A stretch of 64,000 bases of DNA from assembly GCA_046290225.1 (NCBI GenBank), contig JBKAGE010000035.1:384001-448000 (forward strand), written 5' to 3'. Under the pieces are notes generated by a model, which saw only the letters and a program-made list of their open reading frames with translations, was not told the origin of the DNA and searched no databases. Positions 23,064-33,396 of this stretch are shown here, in pieces (the stretch's first letter is position 1; each line of letters opens with the position of its first letter). Source of the stretch: Bradymonadia bacterium. GTDB taxonomy: Bacteria > Myxococcota_A > Bradymonadia > UBA7976 > UBA1532. The translations under genes were made by a program, and so were the position numbers.

Positions 23064-23592
23064 GAGCTGTGTTGGAGGTTGTGACTGGGCCTTGGTAGGC
23101 AGTCATCGCTTCGCTCTGCCTGCGTAGGCAGCTTTGTCGGCCGGCCTTCGGCCCGCCTTGGAGCTGCGTACACGTCGGCACACTCGCTGGCGCGAGCAGG
23201 CCTCCGGGTAGGCAGGGTCGCTCAAGGCTTCGCCTTATTCGCTCGCTCCCCTGCGTAAAAAGTCAGTTCTGGTGTGGCTTTGTGCTGCTTCCGACGCTGT
23301 TGGGGCTTACGCCGAGCCTTGGGGCACAGGAGCTTGCAGGCTCGCGGTAGGTCGAGTCCCGGCGGGTCCAGCAATAAGATACAGAAGAAGCTCATTACGC
23401 AGGGGAGCGAGCAAATAGGGCACAGCCCTGAGCGACCCTGCCTACCCGGGAAGGTGCCTGCGTCAGCAGGTGGCTGTACGTGTACGCGACCGACGAGGCG
23501 CATCGAAGATGTGCCGAAGGCCCGGCGCCTACGCAGGCAGAGCGTAGCGATGACTGCCTACAAAGGCCCAGCCACAATGCCCGTCACAGCTC
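23064..23592. repeat. Long imperfect inverted repeat (arms 23064-23258 and 23395-23592) built from GTAGGCAG REP-like hairpins
   Basis: Arms share near-identical inverted blocks: GTAGGCAGTCATCGCT(T/A)CGCTCTGCCTGCGTAGGC, GGCCTTCGGC, GCGTACACGT, CCGGGTAGGCAGGGTCGCTCA, GCTCGCTCCCCTGCGTAA. Lies between convergent genes. Confidence 0.9.
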
Positions 23593-23624
23593 GAGTCGAT
23601 CCTGAATCAGCATTTGAGTCTGCT

Positions 23625-24434
23625 TCAGTAATCGAGGCCGAGGTTGAAGCTGTAGGTCTGGATGCCCTGGGCGAAGCTGGCCTCAGGCGTGAAGTTCACG
23701 TTGGCGAAGATGAAGCGCATGCCGAACACGAACCGATTCAAGAAGGGCTCTTCCTGAGAGAGGACAAAGTTTTGCTGGGGATCGTCGGCGATGGCCGGTG
23801 TAGGATCGAGGACCTCACTGCTGGCAAACACCCAGAGGGGGCTGTACGCCATGTATGGCGCGATGTTCACGACTCCGGCGACGCCAAAGCTCTTGCTCAA
23901 CACAAAGTCCATGTTGAACGACGACAGGTTCATCTGAATTGAGCCCACCATTCGGCTATAGGCTGCTCGGACAGCGAAGTCGACTGGTGCATCGTCAATG
24001 GCTTCGTTCAGCGCCCATTTGCCCTCGGCGCCGAAGGCCCACAACTCACTGTTGATCAGATACGTGGCGCTGCCCCCGACCTCGAAGCTGAAGGGGAGAC
24101 CCTTCCGAATGATGAGGTGGCTCGCCATCAGGGTTGTCGGGGGACTCGAGTCTTCCACGCCCAACTGCCAGTAGTCCTCACTGTCATTGATGTTGGTGAT
24201 GGACAACTGGGTTGCGAATTGGAATCCGTTGATGCCCAGCGTTTCGGCGGGGGCCAACAGCTTGGGCGACAGGGTGCTGCCCAACTCCAGAGCGTATTCT
24301 TTGAAGGCGGCCTGGTCTGGACGACCGTCGGCATCTTGGAAGCGATACAAACTGGGATCATTGTCCTCAGCACCGGCCTGGTGACTGCAGATCATCAGCC
24401 CGAGGAGGGTCCAGCTCGTGAGTGCGCGGCGCAT
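23625..24434 (-). CDS. Exported protein, probable outer-membrane beta-barrel
   Basis: Start ATG 24434 with GGAG RBS; signal peptide; amphipathic beta-strands; ends YSFNLGLDY (terminal aromatic residue). Confidence 0.7.
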   Translation of the reverse strand: MRRALTSWTLLGLMICSHQAGAEDNDPSLYRFQDADGRPDQAAFKEYALELGSTLSPKLLAPAETLGINGFQFATQLSITNINDSEDYWQLGVEDSSPPTTLMASHLIIRKGLPFSFEVGGSATYLINSELWAFGAEGKWALNEAIDDAPVDFAVRAAYSRMVGSIQMNLSSFNMDFVLSKSFGVAGVVNIAPYMAYSPLWVFASSEVLDPTPAIADDPQQNFVLSQEEPFLNRFVFGMRFIFANVNFTPEASFAQGIQTYSFNLGLDY

Positions 24435-24614
24435 GGTCAGCTCCACTGAATGTATGGGCTTTTCTTAGCAATCTGTGGTGGATAGAGCAAGGGGGAGGGC
24501 AATCGTACGTAGAGGAGCCTGACCTTGGCTCTGGTGCGGCCTCAGTTATGTGTTGTCATGGAGGCGCAGGGGCTGAGGTGGGGCGCAGCAAGTAGAGAGT
24601 TTTTTGGGTGAGAA

Positions 24615-24630
24615 TGTTTCACGTGGAACT
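24615..24630. promoter_or_regulatory. parS centromere-like site
   Basis: TGTTTCACGTGGAACT versus consensus TGTTTCACGTGAAACA; intergenic. Confidence 0.85.
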
Positions 24631-24646
24631 GTGAAACAGAGTGCGC

Positions 24647-26551
24647 TCACTCTTTTTCGTACACTGCCCAGTAGGGGATGTGGTTGCCACTCTCGAGGCT
24701 TTGGCCGGGGAGCCAGAATGCCGGTGAAGAGGGATCTTCGCCCCGTGCTGCGGCTTCAGGATCAATGGCAGTGATCCAAATTTGTGGGTTGGCGAATTGC
24801 CTCTGGTCGTTTTCGAGGCGGTGTCCATAGTTACGGGTGCTGCTGAAGGCAACCCAGAGGCGACCCCGCCCGTCATCGGGTGCCCACTTGGGCCAGCTGT
24901 TGCCCAACAATGCGCCCTGATTGGCTCGGCTGAGAGGGATGGGGGCACCCCCAGTGCTGTCGATGAACCACAGCTCTGAGTTCGGGTTGCCCATGTCATC
25001 GTCAGGGTTTGGGTCAGAGCCAATGCTGTTGTAGACCACCCAGTCTCCATCAGGAGAGAAGGCAGGACGGTCAAGCCAGCGCTCAGCAGGCTTTTGAACC
25101 AGAAGCTCGGGCATCTGCCACATGCCATCGACCAGCTGCCAACGATAGATGTCCGCGCTGTTGATGCCTGCATCGGGGAGGGGATTGGCCAAGCCAGAGG
25201 GGCCAATGGCTGCAACGATGCGATCACCCTGCCAGGACCAGTCAGGCGAGCCACCGACTGTGCTTGCAGGCAGAGGCAGCTGATCCATCTGTGCCCCAGT
25301 GTCAGCATTTCTGATGAGCAGTTGCCCGTTCGACCCAGCGACGATTTGCACGTTGTCAGGGGCCCAGCTGGGGAAGTAGCCCGCGATCCCCGTGGGGTCG
25401 TAGAGCATGTCAGCGGGGGCATCCACGAGGGATGTGGCCATGTCACCGAAGGGCGGGAAGCTGGTGCGCGTGAAGGCGATACGGCTGCCATCTCGCGATA
25501 GGGCATGGCATGCCGGACAGTTGATTTGAGGGGCTGTCTGAGGGTTCAGGAAAGCCTCTGCCTCATCACCTGGAGCCAGCCGCATGATGCCGGAATCAGC
25601 AGTCGACCAGTAGTAGATGGCGCCCTGAAGACTGGATGTATCGACGGTGAAGGCGTTGGTGGCCGTCGCGCAGGCGATGGGCCCATCACCCCCCAAGCCA
25701 TAGATCGTGAGGCGCAGGGGCTGACCCACCGCCGCTTGCTGCAACAGGCTGGCCCAGGAGCCTTCAGCGGGCGTGTATGCATTCTGGTTCGTGTAGTATC
25801 GGACGCTGCTGTTGCCTGCCTCGAAGGACAACATGAAGAGATCGTGGCCGTTGGTGTCCCACTGAAACTCTACGCCGGTGATGGTGCGGGGGAACACAGT
25901 GAAGGGCTCAGGGTAGAGCAGGACAGGGGGGCTGCACTCACCATCCCTGGGCGCCTCGGCAAAGCGCTCTGGAGCGTTGGGATCAGTGCCTTCAGCGACG
26001 ATGTCAGCTGAGCCTGCGATCTCTACAGTGGCGAATGCAGAGACGCCGTCCAGTCGGGCTTCCACCCGGCCCATGCCCAGCTGGTTGTTGCTGGTGAAGA
26101 GGCCATTTTCATCGATGGTGCCCAAGGTGGTGGGATTCAACAACCATTCGGCCTCGTTGCCGTCGATGGCGGTCGCGACCCCTTCCTCATCGACATCCTC
26201 GAGGGTGAACTGAGCTGTTGGCGGTACATTGCCGATCTCGAGCCGAATGCTCTCAGGGGTGAGCCGCAGACCTGGTTGAATGCCTGCGTCAGGCATGGGC
26301 GCCATGCCGCCGGCACCACCTGCCATCATGCCACCAGCACCGCCCTCGGCCATGCCGCCAGCACCACCCATTCCACCCTCTCCGCCAGCACCTCCAGGCT
26401 CAGCATCGAGCATGATGTCCCGGCCGCCGGAGCCCCCTTGACCTTGATCGGGCTCACCTGTAGCCGAGGTGCTGTCGTCACATGCCGTGAGACAGCCAAT
26501 GCTCAGCAGGGCGGTGGCAAGCCACCCCCTGCGGTGAAGACGGATATGCAT
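24647..26551 (-). CDS. Lipoprotein with Gly-rich linker, Ig-like segment and TolB/PD40-like beta-propeller
   Basis: Lipobox-like CLTAC; PSWAPD, PDWSWQG, PAFSPDG and PKWAPD repeats; CPACH motif. Confidence 0.8.
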   Translation of the reverse strand: MHIRLHRRGWLATALLSIGCLTACDDSTSATGEPDQGQGGSGGRDIMLDAEPGGAGGEGGMGGAGGMAEGGAGGMMAGGAGGMAPMPDAGIQPGLRLTPESIRLEIGNVPPTAQFTLEDVDEEGVATAIDGNEAEWLLNPTTLGTIDENGLFTSNNQLGMGRVEARLDGVSAFATVEIAGSADIVAEGTDPNAPERFAEAPRDGECSPPVLLYPEPFTVFPRTITGVEFQWDTNGHDLFMLSFEAGNSSVRYYTNQNAYTPAEGSWASLLQQAAVGQPLRLTIYGLGGDGPIACATATNAFTVDTSSLQGAIYYWSTADSGIMRLAPGDEAEAFLNPQTAPQINCPACHALSRDGSRIAFTRTSFPPFGDMATSLVDAPADMLYDPTGIAGYFPSWAPDNVQIVAGSNGQLLIRNADTGAQMDQLPLPASTVGGSPDWSWQGDRIVAAIGPSGLANPLPDAGINSADIYRWQLVDGMWQMPELLVQKPAERWLDRPAFSPDGDWVVYNSIGSDPNPDDDMGNPNSELWFIDSTGGAPIPLSRANQGALLGNSWPKWAPDDGRGRLWVAFSSTRNYGHRLENDQRQFANPQIWITAIDPEAAARGEDPSSPAFWLPGQSLESGNHIPYWAVYEKE

Positions 26552-26630
26552 GATTCCTCCAGAGCGTGAGGCTGATGCGTGGGCATCTCCTCAGAAAGCA
26601 GGGCAGCTTAACTTCTGGAGCGGAGCAGCT

Positions 26631-27143
26631 TCAATCACTCGGTGAAGGTGGTCGTGGTCGAGCGAGGCCAGGCACATTCAGGAGCCGTACCCACAAGAAA
26701 GCCATCAGGCCGTATGTCACGACGCCGAGGCAACATGCGCCAAAGATGAAACCCCAGCCTGAGCCGATGATTTCGGGGGGGCTTAAAATCGCGATCAAAG
26801 CGACTGCACCACCTGGAGGGTGAATCGCGTCGAGAAGCACCATCAGGGTGATCGTAAGCCCCAAGGACAACCCCAGGGCCAGTGGATCTGGAAAATCCAA
26901 AGATCGCACCAGAACGCCAACAACCGCAGCGATGAGGTGGCCAAGGATGAGATTTCGTGGTCGGGCAATGGGGGCGTCGTGCAAACACAACAGGACAACT
27001 GAGGTGGCGCCGTATGATCCGATGAGCATGATCATGCCGGTGTGTTGGGCCCAGAGGTGCGCGAGCCAACCGAACACACCCATGCACACCGCACAACCAA
27101 GACCCATCAGAGCCGCAGAGCGGACTCGGAGTGCCAGTGTCAT
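26631..27143 (-). CDS. HPP-family membrane protein
   Basis: SYGATSVVL, PIARPRNLILGH, AIHPPGGAVAL; several transmembrane segments. Confidence 0.9.
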   Translation of the reverse strand: MTLALRVRSAALMGLGCAVCMGVFGWLAHLWAQHTGMIMLIGSYGATSVVLLCLHDAPIARPRNLILGHLIAAVVGVLVRSLDFPDPLALGLSLGLTITLMVLLDAIHPPGGAVALIAILSPPEIIGSGWGFIFGACCLGVVTYGLMAFLWVRLLNVPGLARPRPPSPSD

Positions 27144-27147
27144 GGCT

Positions 27148-27819
27148 TTAGATTCCGACTAACTCACGGATGTGGTCGGAGGCCGTCTGGGAGCGTGCGG
27201 AGAGCGCTCGGATCTCCTGAGCCACGACCTCGAAAGCTCGGCCTGCATCGCCCGCACGGGCCGCCTCGATGGTGGCATTGAGTGAGATCATACGCACCTG
27301 ATTGGTGATTCGGGCAATTTCGTCGAGTACGCCGCTGACAGCGTCGCTTTGCTGGTTGAGTAAGTGTTGGTGGTCATCTGCAAAGGCCTGGGTGAGCCGA
27401 TTGAGGATGGCCAGAAACTCTGTAGTCGTAAATCGAGTCAACTGGTCGATGACTTCTTGGGAAGGCTGAGCTTGATTTGCCAACCCTTCTACTTGCTGGA
27501 GCCAACCGTCAATGGTGGCCTTTGCTTCAGTGGGGGCATCGAACAAGATTTGCCTCGCAGTCGGCGAAAACAAAGGCGGCACGTGTAGTTTCTGATCTCC
27601 ATCGATGAGCATACCCAAGATGCCCTTGAACGCCTGCAAGATCTGAGAGAGCTCAGTATGTGCTGATGCGCGCTTCTCTGAATCTGGGGTCACTGTGATG
27701 ATGTTGAGAAACAACATGGCACGATGTGACAGCATGCGTAGCTTGCCTGCTGAGTTGATCAGCTGACCATATGCGGATTTCTGTAGACCCAGTTGTTGCT
27801 TGTCCGTTGAGCCCGACAT
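27148..27819 (-). CDS. Small soluble methyl-accepting chemotaxis-like protein with N-terminal PilJ/NarX-type sensor domain
   Basis: Start ATG 27819 (GGAG RBS). [15 protein letters not shown]-box; [33 protein letters not shown] hairpin tip; no transmembrane segment. Confidence 0.82.
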   Translation of the reverse strand: MSGSTDKQQLGLQKSAYGQLINSAGKLRMLSHRAMLFLNIITVTPDSEKRASAHTELSQILQAFKGILGMLIDGDQKLHVPPLFSPTARQILFDAPTEAKATIDGWLQQVEGLANQAQPSQEVIDQLTRFTTTEFLAILNRLTQAFADDHQHLLNQQSDAVSGVLDEIARITNQVRMISLNATIEAARAGDAGRAFEVVAQEIRALSARSQTASDHIRELVGI

Positions 27820-27890
27820 CGCGTTCTCCATAGATGATGGATCTTCATCGGAAGAAGGAGAGGCTTTTCTGAAGTGTTCTTTGGGCTGAA

Positions 27891-29750
27891 TTACCTTCGG
27901 CCTGCCCTGAAATGGCTCAGCGCGTCGTGTATTTCGGTGGCCAGAGTCCATCCGATGCCCGGCACATCTGCGATCTCGTCGATGGGGGCATTTTTGAGGG
28001 CTTTGACGCTGCCGAAGGTCTTGAGCAGCGTCTTCTTGCGCCAGGGGCCCACGCCAGGGATGGCGTCGAGCACGCTGTCGAAGTTGCGCCCCATGCGAAG
28101 TTTCCTGTGAAACGTGATCGCAAAGCGGTGGGCTTCGTCGCGCAGGCGGGCCATCAAGAACATCTCGTCGGTGTTCGGCCGTAGGATGATGGGATCTTTC
28201 ACGTTGGGTTTGAACACCCGCTCGTCTGATCTCTCCATGCCGCGATTGTCGTCTCGGGGGCCATCCAGCACTCGGGCTTTCGCAAGGCCCACGACGTCTA
28301 CCCCCTCGATGCCCAGATCTTTGAACACCGCCAAGGCGACGTTCAGTTGGCCCTTACCACCATCGACGACGATCAGATCTGGCAGATCACTTTCTTTGAG
28401 GCCTCGCTTCAGACGACGAATCAGCACCTCACGCATCATCGCGTAGTCATCAGTGCCCTCGACATGCCTGATTTTGTAGTGCCGGTAGGCCGAGCGTTTG
28501 GGTAATCCACTCTCGAAGACCACCCGAGATGCCACAGGTGCGGTGCCCTGGAACAGCGAGATGTCATAGCACTCCATCGTCCGGGGGAAATTGCTCAGCT
28601 TGAGCCGCTTCTGCAGACGCTCGAGCCCCTTGTGACGTACATCTTCGGAGCGTCGCGCTTGGAAGAATGCCTGCTCTGCGTTCTTGGCCGCCATCTCCAT
28701 CAGGCGTTTGTTGGGGCCTCTCTGAGGCACCTTGATGACGCTCTTGCGACCCCTCACTTGAGTGAGACGTGCTGTAAGTGCCTCTTGCCCTTCAGCGGGT
28801 ACAGGCAGCAACACCTCGTCGGGCACCTCGTGACCTCCGTTGTAGTAGAGGTTCAGGAAGGTACTCACCATCTCCTCGTCAGGGCACTCCTGGTTCTCGA
28901 AGCTGAAGGTCTTGGAGCCCACGAGCTTGCCCGAGCGGATGAACAACAAAGCGATCTCGACAAGGCTGCCCTCTCGATAGAGCCCCATGACGTCACGATC
29001 GATGTTCTGTTGGACCACGACCTGCTGAGGTTGAAGGCTGGTCTCGATGGCCCGCACTCGATCACGGAGCACCGCCGCACGCTCGAAGTCCATGAGCTCT
29101 GCGGCCTTGATCATCTGCGCTTTGAGCTGCTCTACGAGATCGGCCTTACGACCCTGTAGGAACATCATGACGTCGCGGACTTCTTGTCGGTAGCTCTCCT
29201 CGAGGTTGGGCAACACACAGGGCGCCGAGCAACGTTTGATCTGGTACTGCAGACAGGGCCGAGCCCGATTGTGGAACGTGCCGTCTTCGCAACCACGCAG
29301 CTGGAAGTTGCGCTCGATGATTTTCACCGTCTCACGGAGCTTGCTTGCCGAATAGTACGGGCCGAAATAGCGAGCGCCGTCGTCTTGCACTCGGCGCACC
29401 ACCGAGAGGCGAGGCCATTGCTCCCGCTCGTCGATGCGGATGTGCAGGAAGCCCTTGCCGTCTTTCAGGCGCACGTTGAAACGCGGTTGGTGGCGCTTGA
29501 TCAGCTCCGCTTCGAGGATCAGCGCTTCAGCTTCGTTGTTGGTGATGAGCACCTGAACGTCGTGAAGCAGTTTGTCGAGCAGGCTGACGAAGTAGCGGGT
29601 ATCGCTGGTGTTGCCGAAGTACTGGCTCAGGCGTTTGCTCAGGTTGGCCGCCTTGCCCACATAGAAGATCTCTCCGTCGGCGCCCTTCATCAGGTACACC
29701 CCAGGATCATGTGGGATCAGGGCCAGATCAGTCTCGGGGTTGAACGGCAT
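27891..29750 (-). CDS. uvrC: Excinuclease ABC subunit C
   Basis: [48 protein letters not shown], HhH IPGVG. Confidence 0.98.
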   Translation of the reverse strand: MPFNPETDLALIPHDPGVYLMKGADGEIFYVGKAANLSKRLSQYFGNTSDTRYFVSLLDKLLHDVQVLITNNEAEALILEAELIKRHQPRFNVRLKDGKGFLHIRIDEREQWPRLSVVRRVQDDGARYFGPYYSASKLRETVKIIERNFQLRGCEDGTFHNRARPCLQYQIKRCSAPCVLPNLEESYRQEVRDVMMFLQGRKADLVEQLKAQMIKAAELMDFERAAVLRDRVRAIETSLQPQQVVVQQNIDRDVMGLYREGSLVEIALLFIRSGKLVGSKTFSFENQECPDEEMVSTFLNLYYNGGHEVPDEVLLPVPAEGQEALTARLTQVRGRKSVIKVPQRGPNKRLMEMAAKNAEQAFFQARRSEDVRHKGLERLQKRLKLSNFPRTMECYDISLFQGTAPVASRVVFESGLPKRSAYRHYKIRHVEGTDDYAMMREVLIRRLKRGLKESDLPDLIVVDGGKGQLNVALAVFKDLGIEGVDVVGLAKARVLDGPRDDNRGMERSDERVFKPNVKDPIILRPNTDEMFLMARLRDEAHRFAITFHRKLRMGRNFDSVLDAIPGVGPWRKKTLLKTFGSVKALKNAPIDEIADVPGIGWTLATEIHDALSHFRAGRR

Positions 29751-29760
29751 CTGAACCTCT

Positions 29761-31767
29761 CTACAGGGTCAACAGAAGCTTCTCGAGGGTGAGCATCTTG
29801 TCACGGACCTCGGCGGCCTTCTCGAACTCGAGCTCTGAGGCGTGTTGCCGCATCTCGTTCTTGAGGCCCTCGATCTGGCGTTCGAGATCTTTCTTGTCGT
29901 CCAGCGTACTCAGGGTCTCGGCGATCAGGCTGGCTTCGGCCCGTTGCTTCTCGTCGTCGATGAGCGACTCCACCACCTGCTCGAGATCAGTGATCGACTT
30001 GGTCACCGTTCTCGGGGTGATGCCGTGCTTCTCGTTGTAGGTGATCTGCTTGTTGCGTCGGCGGTCGGTCTCTTCGATGGCCGCCGTCATCGATTTGGTC
30101 ATGCGATCGGCATACAAGATCACTCGACCCTTGGCGTTGCGTGCGGCGCGGCCGATGGTCTGAATCAGTGAGGTACGGTTTCTGAGGAAGCCCTCTTTGT
30201 CGGCGTCGAGGATCGCCACCAAGCCCACCTCGGGCAGGTCGAGCCCCTCTCGGAGTAGGTTGATGCCCACGAGCACGTCGAACTTGCCCAAGCGCAGATC
30301 TCTCAAGATGGCCGTGCGCTCGATGGTGTCGATGTCGCTGTGCAGATACTTCACCTGCACACCCACCTCTCTGAAGTAGTCAGTGAGATCTTCGCTCATG
30401 CGTTTGGTGAGGGTGGTCACCAGAACCCGCATGCCCTGATCGACCGTGGGGCGAATCTCGCCGAGCAGATCATCGACCTGATCGAGCGCTGGTCGAACCT
30501 CGACGACTGGATCGAGCAAACCGGTGGGGCGGATGATCTGCTCCACCACCACCCCCTCTGATTGCTCGAGCTCCCAATCGCCGGGGGTGGCCGAGACAAA
30601 GATGGCCTGACGTACCAGGCCTTCGAACTCCTCGAACTTGAGCGGGCGGTTGTCGCGGGCGGAGGGCAGACGAAACCCGTGATCGACGAGGACATCTTTT
30701 CGGGATCGGTCGCCGCGATACATGCCCGAGACCTGAGGGATCGTCACATGGCTCTCGTCGACCACGAGCACCCAGTCTTTGGGGAAGTAGTCGAGCAGGC
30801 AGGGTGGTGGCTCACCGGGCTCACGACCTGTGAGGAACCGGGAGTAGTTCTCGATGCCACTGCAGTAACCGAGCTGTTCGAGCTGCTCGATGTCGAACAT
30901 CGTGCGTTGCTCGATGCGTTGCGCTTCGAGCAGCTTGCCCTGAGCATTGAAGAGCTGGATGCGCTCTCGAAGCTCGTCCTGAATCTCGGTGATTGCCTCT
31001 TTGAGCCGCCGGGTGCCCACGACGTAGTGGCTACCAGGGTAGATGGCGATCTTGTCGAGGCTGGCGATCTTGCGACCTCTCAAGGGATCGATCTCGTGGA
31101 TCGAATCGACCTCGTCGCCGAAGAACTCGATGCGGTAGGCGTTCTCTTCGGAGTGCACGGGGAACACCTCGATGATGTCGCCCCGCACCCTGAAGGTGCC
31201 GCGGTGGAAGTCGTAGTCGTTGCGGTCGTATTGAATCGAGACCAGCTGCGCCATGACCTCGTCGCGGTCGATGCGCTGGCCTTCTTCCAGAGCGACGAGC
31301 TGGTTGTAGTACGCCTCTGCTGAGCCCAGGCCATAGATGCACGACACGCTGCTCACGATGATCACGTCGCGGCGCTCCAACAAGGAGCGGGTGGCGGCGT
31401 GGCGCATGCGATCGATCTCTTCGTTGATGCTCGACACCTTCTCGATGAAGGTATCGCTCACCGGCACGTAGGCCTCGGGCTGGTAGTAGTCGTAGTAGCT
31501 GACGAAGTATTCGACGGCGTTGTTGGGGAACAGCGCCTTCAACTCTCCGTACAACTGGGCAGCCAGAGTCTTGTTGTGGGCCAGGACCAGGGCAGGTCGC
31601 TGCGTCTCGGCGAGCACGTTGGCGATGGTGAACGTCTTACCTGTACCCGTGGCGCCGAGGAGTACCTGGCGGGGCAGGCCCATGTTGAGACCTTCCACAA
31701 GCTGTTCGATGGCCTGTGGTTGATCGCCTTGAGGTGTGAACTCGCTGACAAGCTCGATGGGATTCAT
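29761..31767 (-). CDS. uvrB: Excinuclease ABC subunit B
   Basis: Start ATG 31767. [56 protein letters not shown]. Confidence 0.99.
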   Translation of the reverse strand: MNPIELVSEFTPQGDQPQAIEQLVEGLNMGLPRQVLLGATGTGKTFTIANVLAETQRPALVLAHNKTLAAQLYGELKALFPNNAVEYFVSYYDYYQPEAYVPVSDTFIEKVSSINEEIDRMRHAATRSLLERRDVIIVSSVSCIYGLGSAEAYYNQLVALEEGQRIDRDEVMAQLVSIQYDRNDYDFHRGTFRVRGDIIEVFPVHSEENAYRIEFFGDEVDSIHEIDPLRGRKIASLDKIAIYPGSHYVVGTRRLKEAITEIQDELRERIQLFNAQGKLLEAQRIEQRTMFDIEQLEQLGYCSGIENYSRFLTGREPGEPPPCLLDYFPKDWVLVVDESHVTIPQVSGMYRGDRSRKDVLVDHGFRLPSARDNRPLKFEEFEGLVRQAIFVSATPGDWELEQSEGVVVEQIIRPTGLLDPVVEVRPALDQVDDLLGEIRPTVDQGMRVLVTTLTKRMSEDLTDYFREVGVQVKYLHSDIDTIERTAILRDLRLGKFDVLVGINLLREGLDLPEVGLVAILDADKEGFLRNRTSLIQTIGRAARNAKGRVILYADRMTKSMTAAIEETDRRRNKQITYNEKHGITPRTVTKSITDLEQVVESLIDDEKQRAEASLIAETLSTLDDKKDLERQIEGLKNEMRQHASELEFEKAAEVRDKMLTLEKLLLTL

Positions 31768-31889
31768 TCTGCTCAACCGTTCAGTGTAGACCGATGGATG
31801 ATGCCATGTTTCGACCGACAGTTGCACCGCCTGTCATGGACTAGATCGAGTCTGATGGCACTGAATGACAGGTATATGTCAGGTTTTTT

Positions 31890-32492
31890 TCAGGCAGGTT
31901 GGGCTTGAGCGAGATCGATGATGGGGAGCATCTGGTTCACCATTCGGTGAAGATCATCTGCAGAGGCATCATCTTGTGCTTGGGCAGAGAGCGCTTGGAG
32001 AACCCCGAGGATGGCCCGGGCGAGGCCCTTCGCGTCTAGATCTGGCTTGAGGTGTCCATCGCTCACGCCTTGCTCAATGCGTTGGGTGAGCATCATCAGT
32101 GTCGCAGTACGGCGGTTGATGAGATCGGCATCAGCGTCAGCGCTCTTGGGCTGGTCGAGGCGCCCGGAAGAGAGCACCGCGCACCCACGTGGGCGGTCAG
32201 GGCGAGTAAAGGTCGACACCGCGCTGACCAGCAACGCTCTGAGCGCCTCACCAGCATGAGGGCGGCTCAGAGCGCTCACCATGAACCCGCCGTTCTGGGC
32301 GTTGTAGAGGTCCATGGCACGACGGAACAGATCCGCCTTGCTGCCAAAGGTGTTGTAGAGGCTCGACGGGCCGATCTCGAGGGCCTCGGTGAGATCATTG
32401 ATCGAGGTCGCCTCGTATCCGCGGCGCCAGAACACCTCGGCGGCGATCTCCAAGCTCTCGTCCACAGGGCGTTTTCGGGGTCGGCCTGCCAT
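31890..32492 (-). CDS. TetR/AcrR-family transcriptional regulator
   Basis: GRPR..FWRRGYEATSINDLTEALEIGPSSLYNTFGSKADLF; RGC motif. Confidence 0.93.
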   Translation of the reverse strand: MAGRPRKRPVDESLEIAAEVFWRRGYEATSINDLTEALEIGPSSLYNTFGSKADLFRRAMDLYNAQNGGFMVSALSRPHAGEALRALLVSAVSTFTRPDRPRGCAVLSSGRLDQPKSADADADLINRRTATLMMLTQRIEQGVSDGHLKPDLDAKGLARAILGVLQALSAQAQDDASADDLHRMVNQMLPIIDLAQAQPA

Positions 32493-32500
32493 GGCTCACC

Positions 32501-33253
32501 TCACAGTTCGGTCATCCCGCCGTCGACCACGTACTCGGACCCTGTGACGAAGGCGGCGTCGTTGGACAACAGGAACGATGCCACCGCAGCAACATCTTCA
32601 GGAGTGCCGAAGCGGCCGAGGGGCACCCGTGCGACGATTTGCTCTGCCATGCCATTGATCTGCTCTTGGGACATGCCCGTGCGATCGAAGAAGCCAGTGC
32701 TGATGGGCCCGGGGCTCACAGCGTTGACCCTGATCTTACGGCCGGCGAGCTCAGCGGCGAGCACGCGGGTCACGGTGCGTAGGGCGCCCTTGGTGGAGGC
32801 GTAGACCACGGCACCTGGCATGCCGAGGTCTTGTGCGACCGAGGTGTTCAGGACGACCGCTCCACCGTCGGCGATGAGCCCGGAGATGGCGCCTACCTGA
32901 AGCACTGGGCCTCGAACGTTGACGTTGTACTGTTGATCGAAGGCCTCAGCGGTGATTTGGTCATGGGGGATGAAGACGCCGTACCCAGCATTCAGGAAGA
33001 GACCATGGATCTGACCGAAGTTGTCTTTGATCCAGCTGGTCAGGGTGGCGACAGCCTCTGGATCTCCTGCGTCGTTCACCAAGGTGCGCAGGCCGGGGAT
33101 TTGGGCCTTGGCGGCATTGAGTTTCACTTCGTTGGTGCCGGTGACGAGGACCTCGCCGCCTTCTTCGATGATGCGCGCTGCCGTGGCCAGGCCGATGCCA
33201 CCAGAGCCACCCGTGATGACGATCTTCTGTCCTTCAAAGCGCTTCATGGTCAT
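32501..33253 (-). CDS. Short-chain dehydrogenase/reductase (SDR)
   Basis: TGGSGGIG, LNAG, YASTK, IRVNAVSPG, VDGG. Confidence 0.95.
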   Translation of the reverse strand: MTMKRFEGQKIVITGGSGGIGLATAARIIEEGGEVLVTGTNEVKLNAAKAQIPGLRTLVNDAGDPEAVATLTSWIKDNFGQIHGLFLNAGYGVFIPHDQITAEAFDQQYNVNVRGPVLQVGAISGLIADGGAVVLNTSVAQDLGMPGAVVYASTKGALRTVTRVLAAELAGRKIRVNAVSPGPISTGFFDRTGMSQEQINGMAEQIVARVPLGRFGTPEDVAAVASFLLSNDAAFVTGSEYVVDGGMTEL

Positions 33254-33284
33254 TCTCCTGTGATGTCTTTCGAGATGCGTTTCA

Positions 33285-33365
33285 TTTTGGAGTGATCACT
33301 TCATGATGAATCGCAGAAGGGCCATCAACAGGATTTCGTACTTTTTTGGAGTGATGGCTTCAAAA
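33285..33365. promoter_or_regulatory. Two imperfect palindromic operators upstream of the SDR-TetR operon
   Basis: TTTTGGAGTGATCACTTCATGA (33285-33306) and TTTTGGAGTGATGGCTTCAAAA (33344-33365). Confidence 0.7.
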
Positions 33366-33396
33366 GGGTGGGATGCCCCTGAAAGGGGCACAGGTG

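Noticed and set aside
23274..23942. 222-aa ORF across the inverted repeat
   Set aside because: Runs through repeat DNA and antisense to the beta-barrel gene, with no transposase motifs
27820..27951. N-terminal extension of the MCP-like ORF (similar over-extensions for atpF, yidD, rnpA, rpmH, metK, kinase, uvrB, cysS)
   Set aside because: These extensions overlap neighbouring genes or precede the conserved N-terminus; downstream starts fit better
28099..28114. parS-like AGTTTCCTGTGAAACG in uvrC
   Set aside because: Four mismatches including the central CACGTG core; explained by coding sequence
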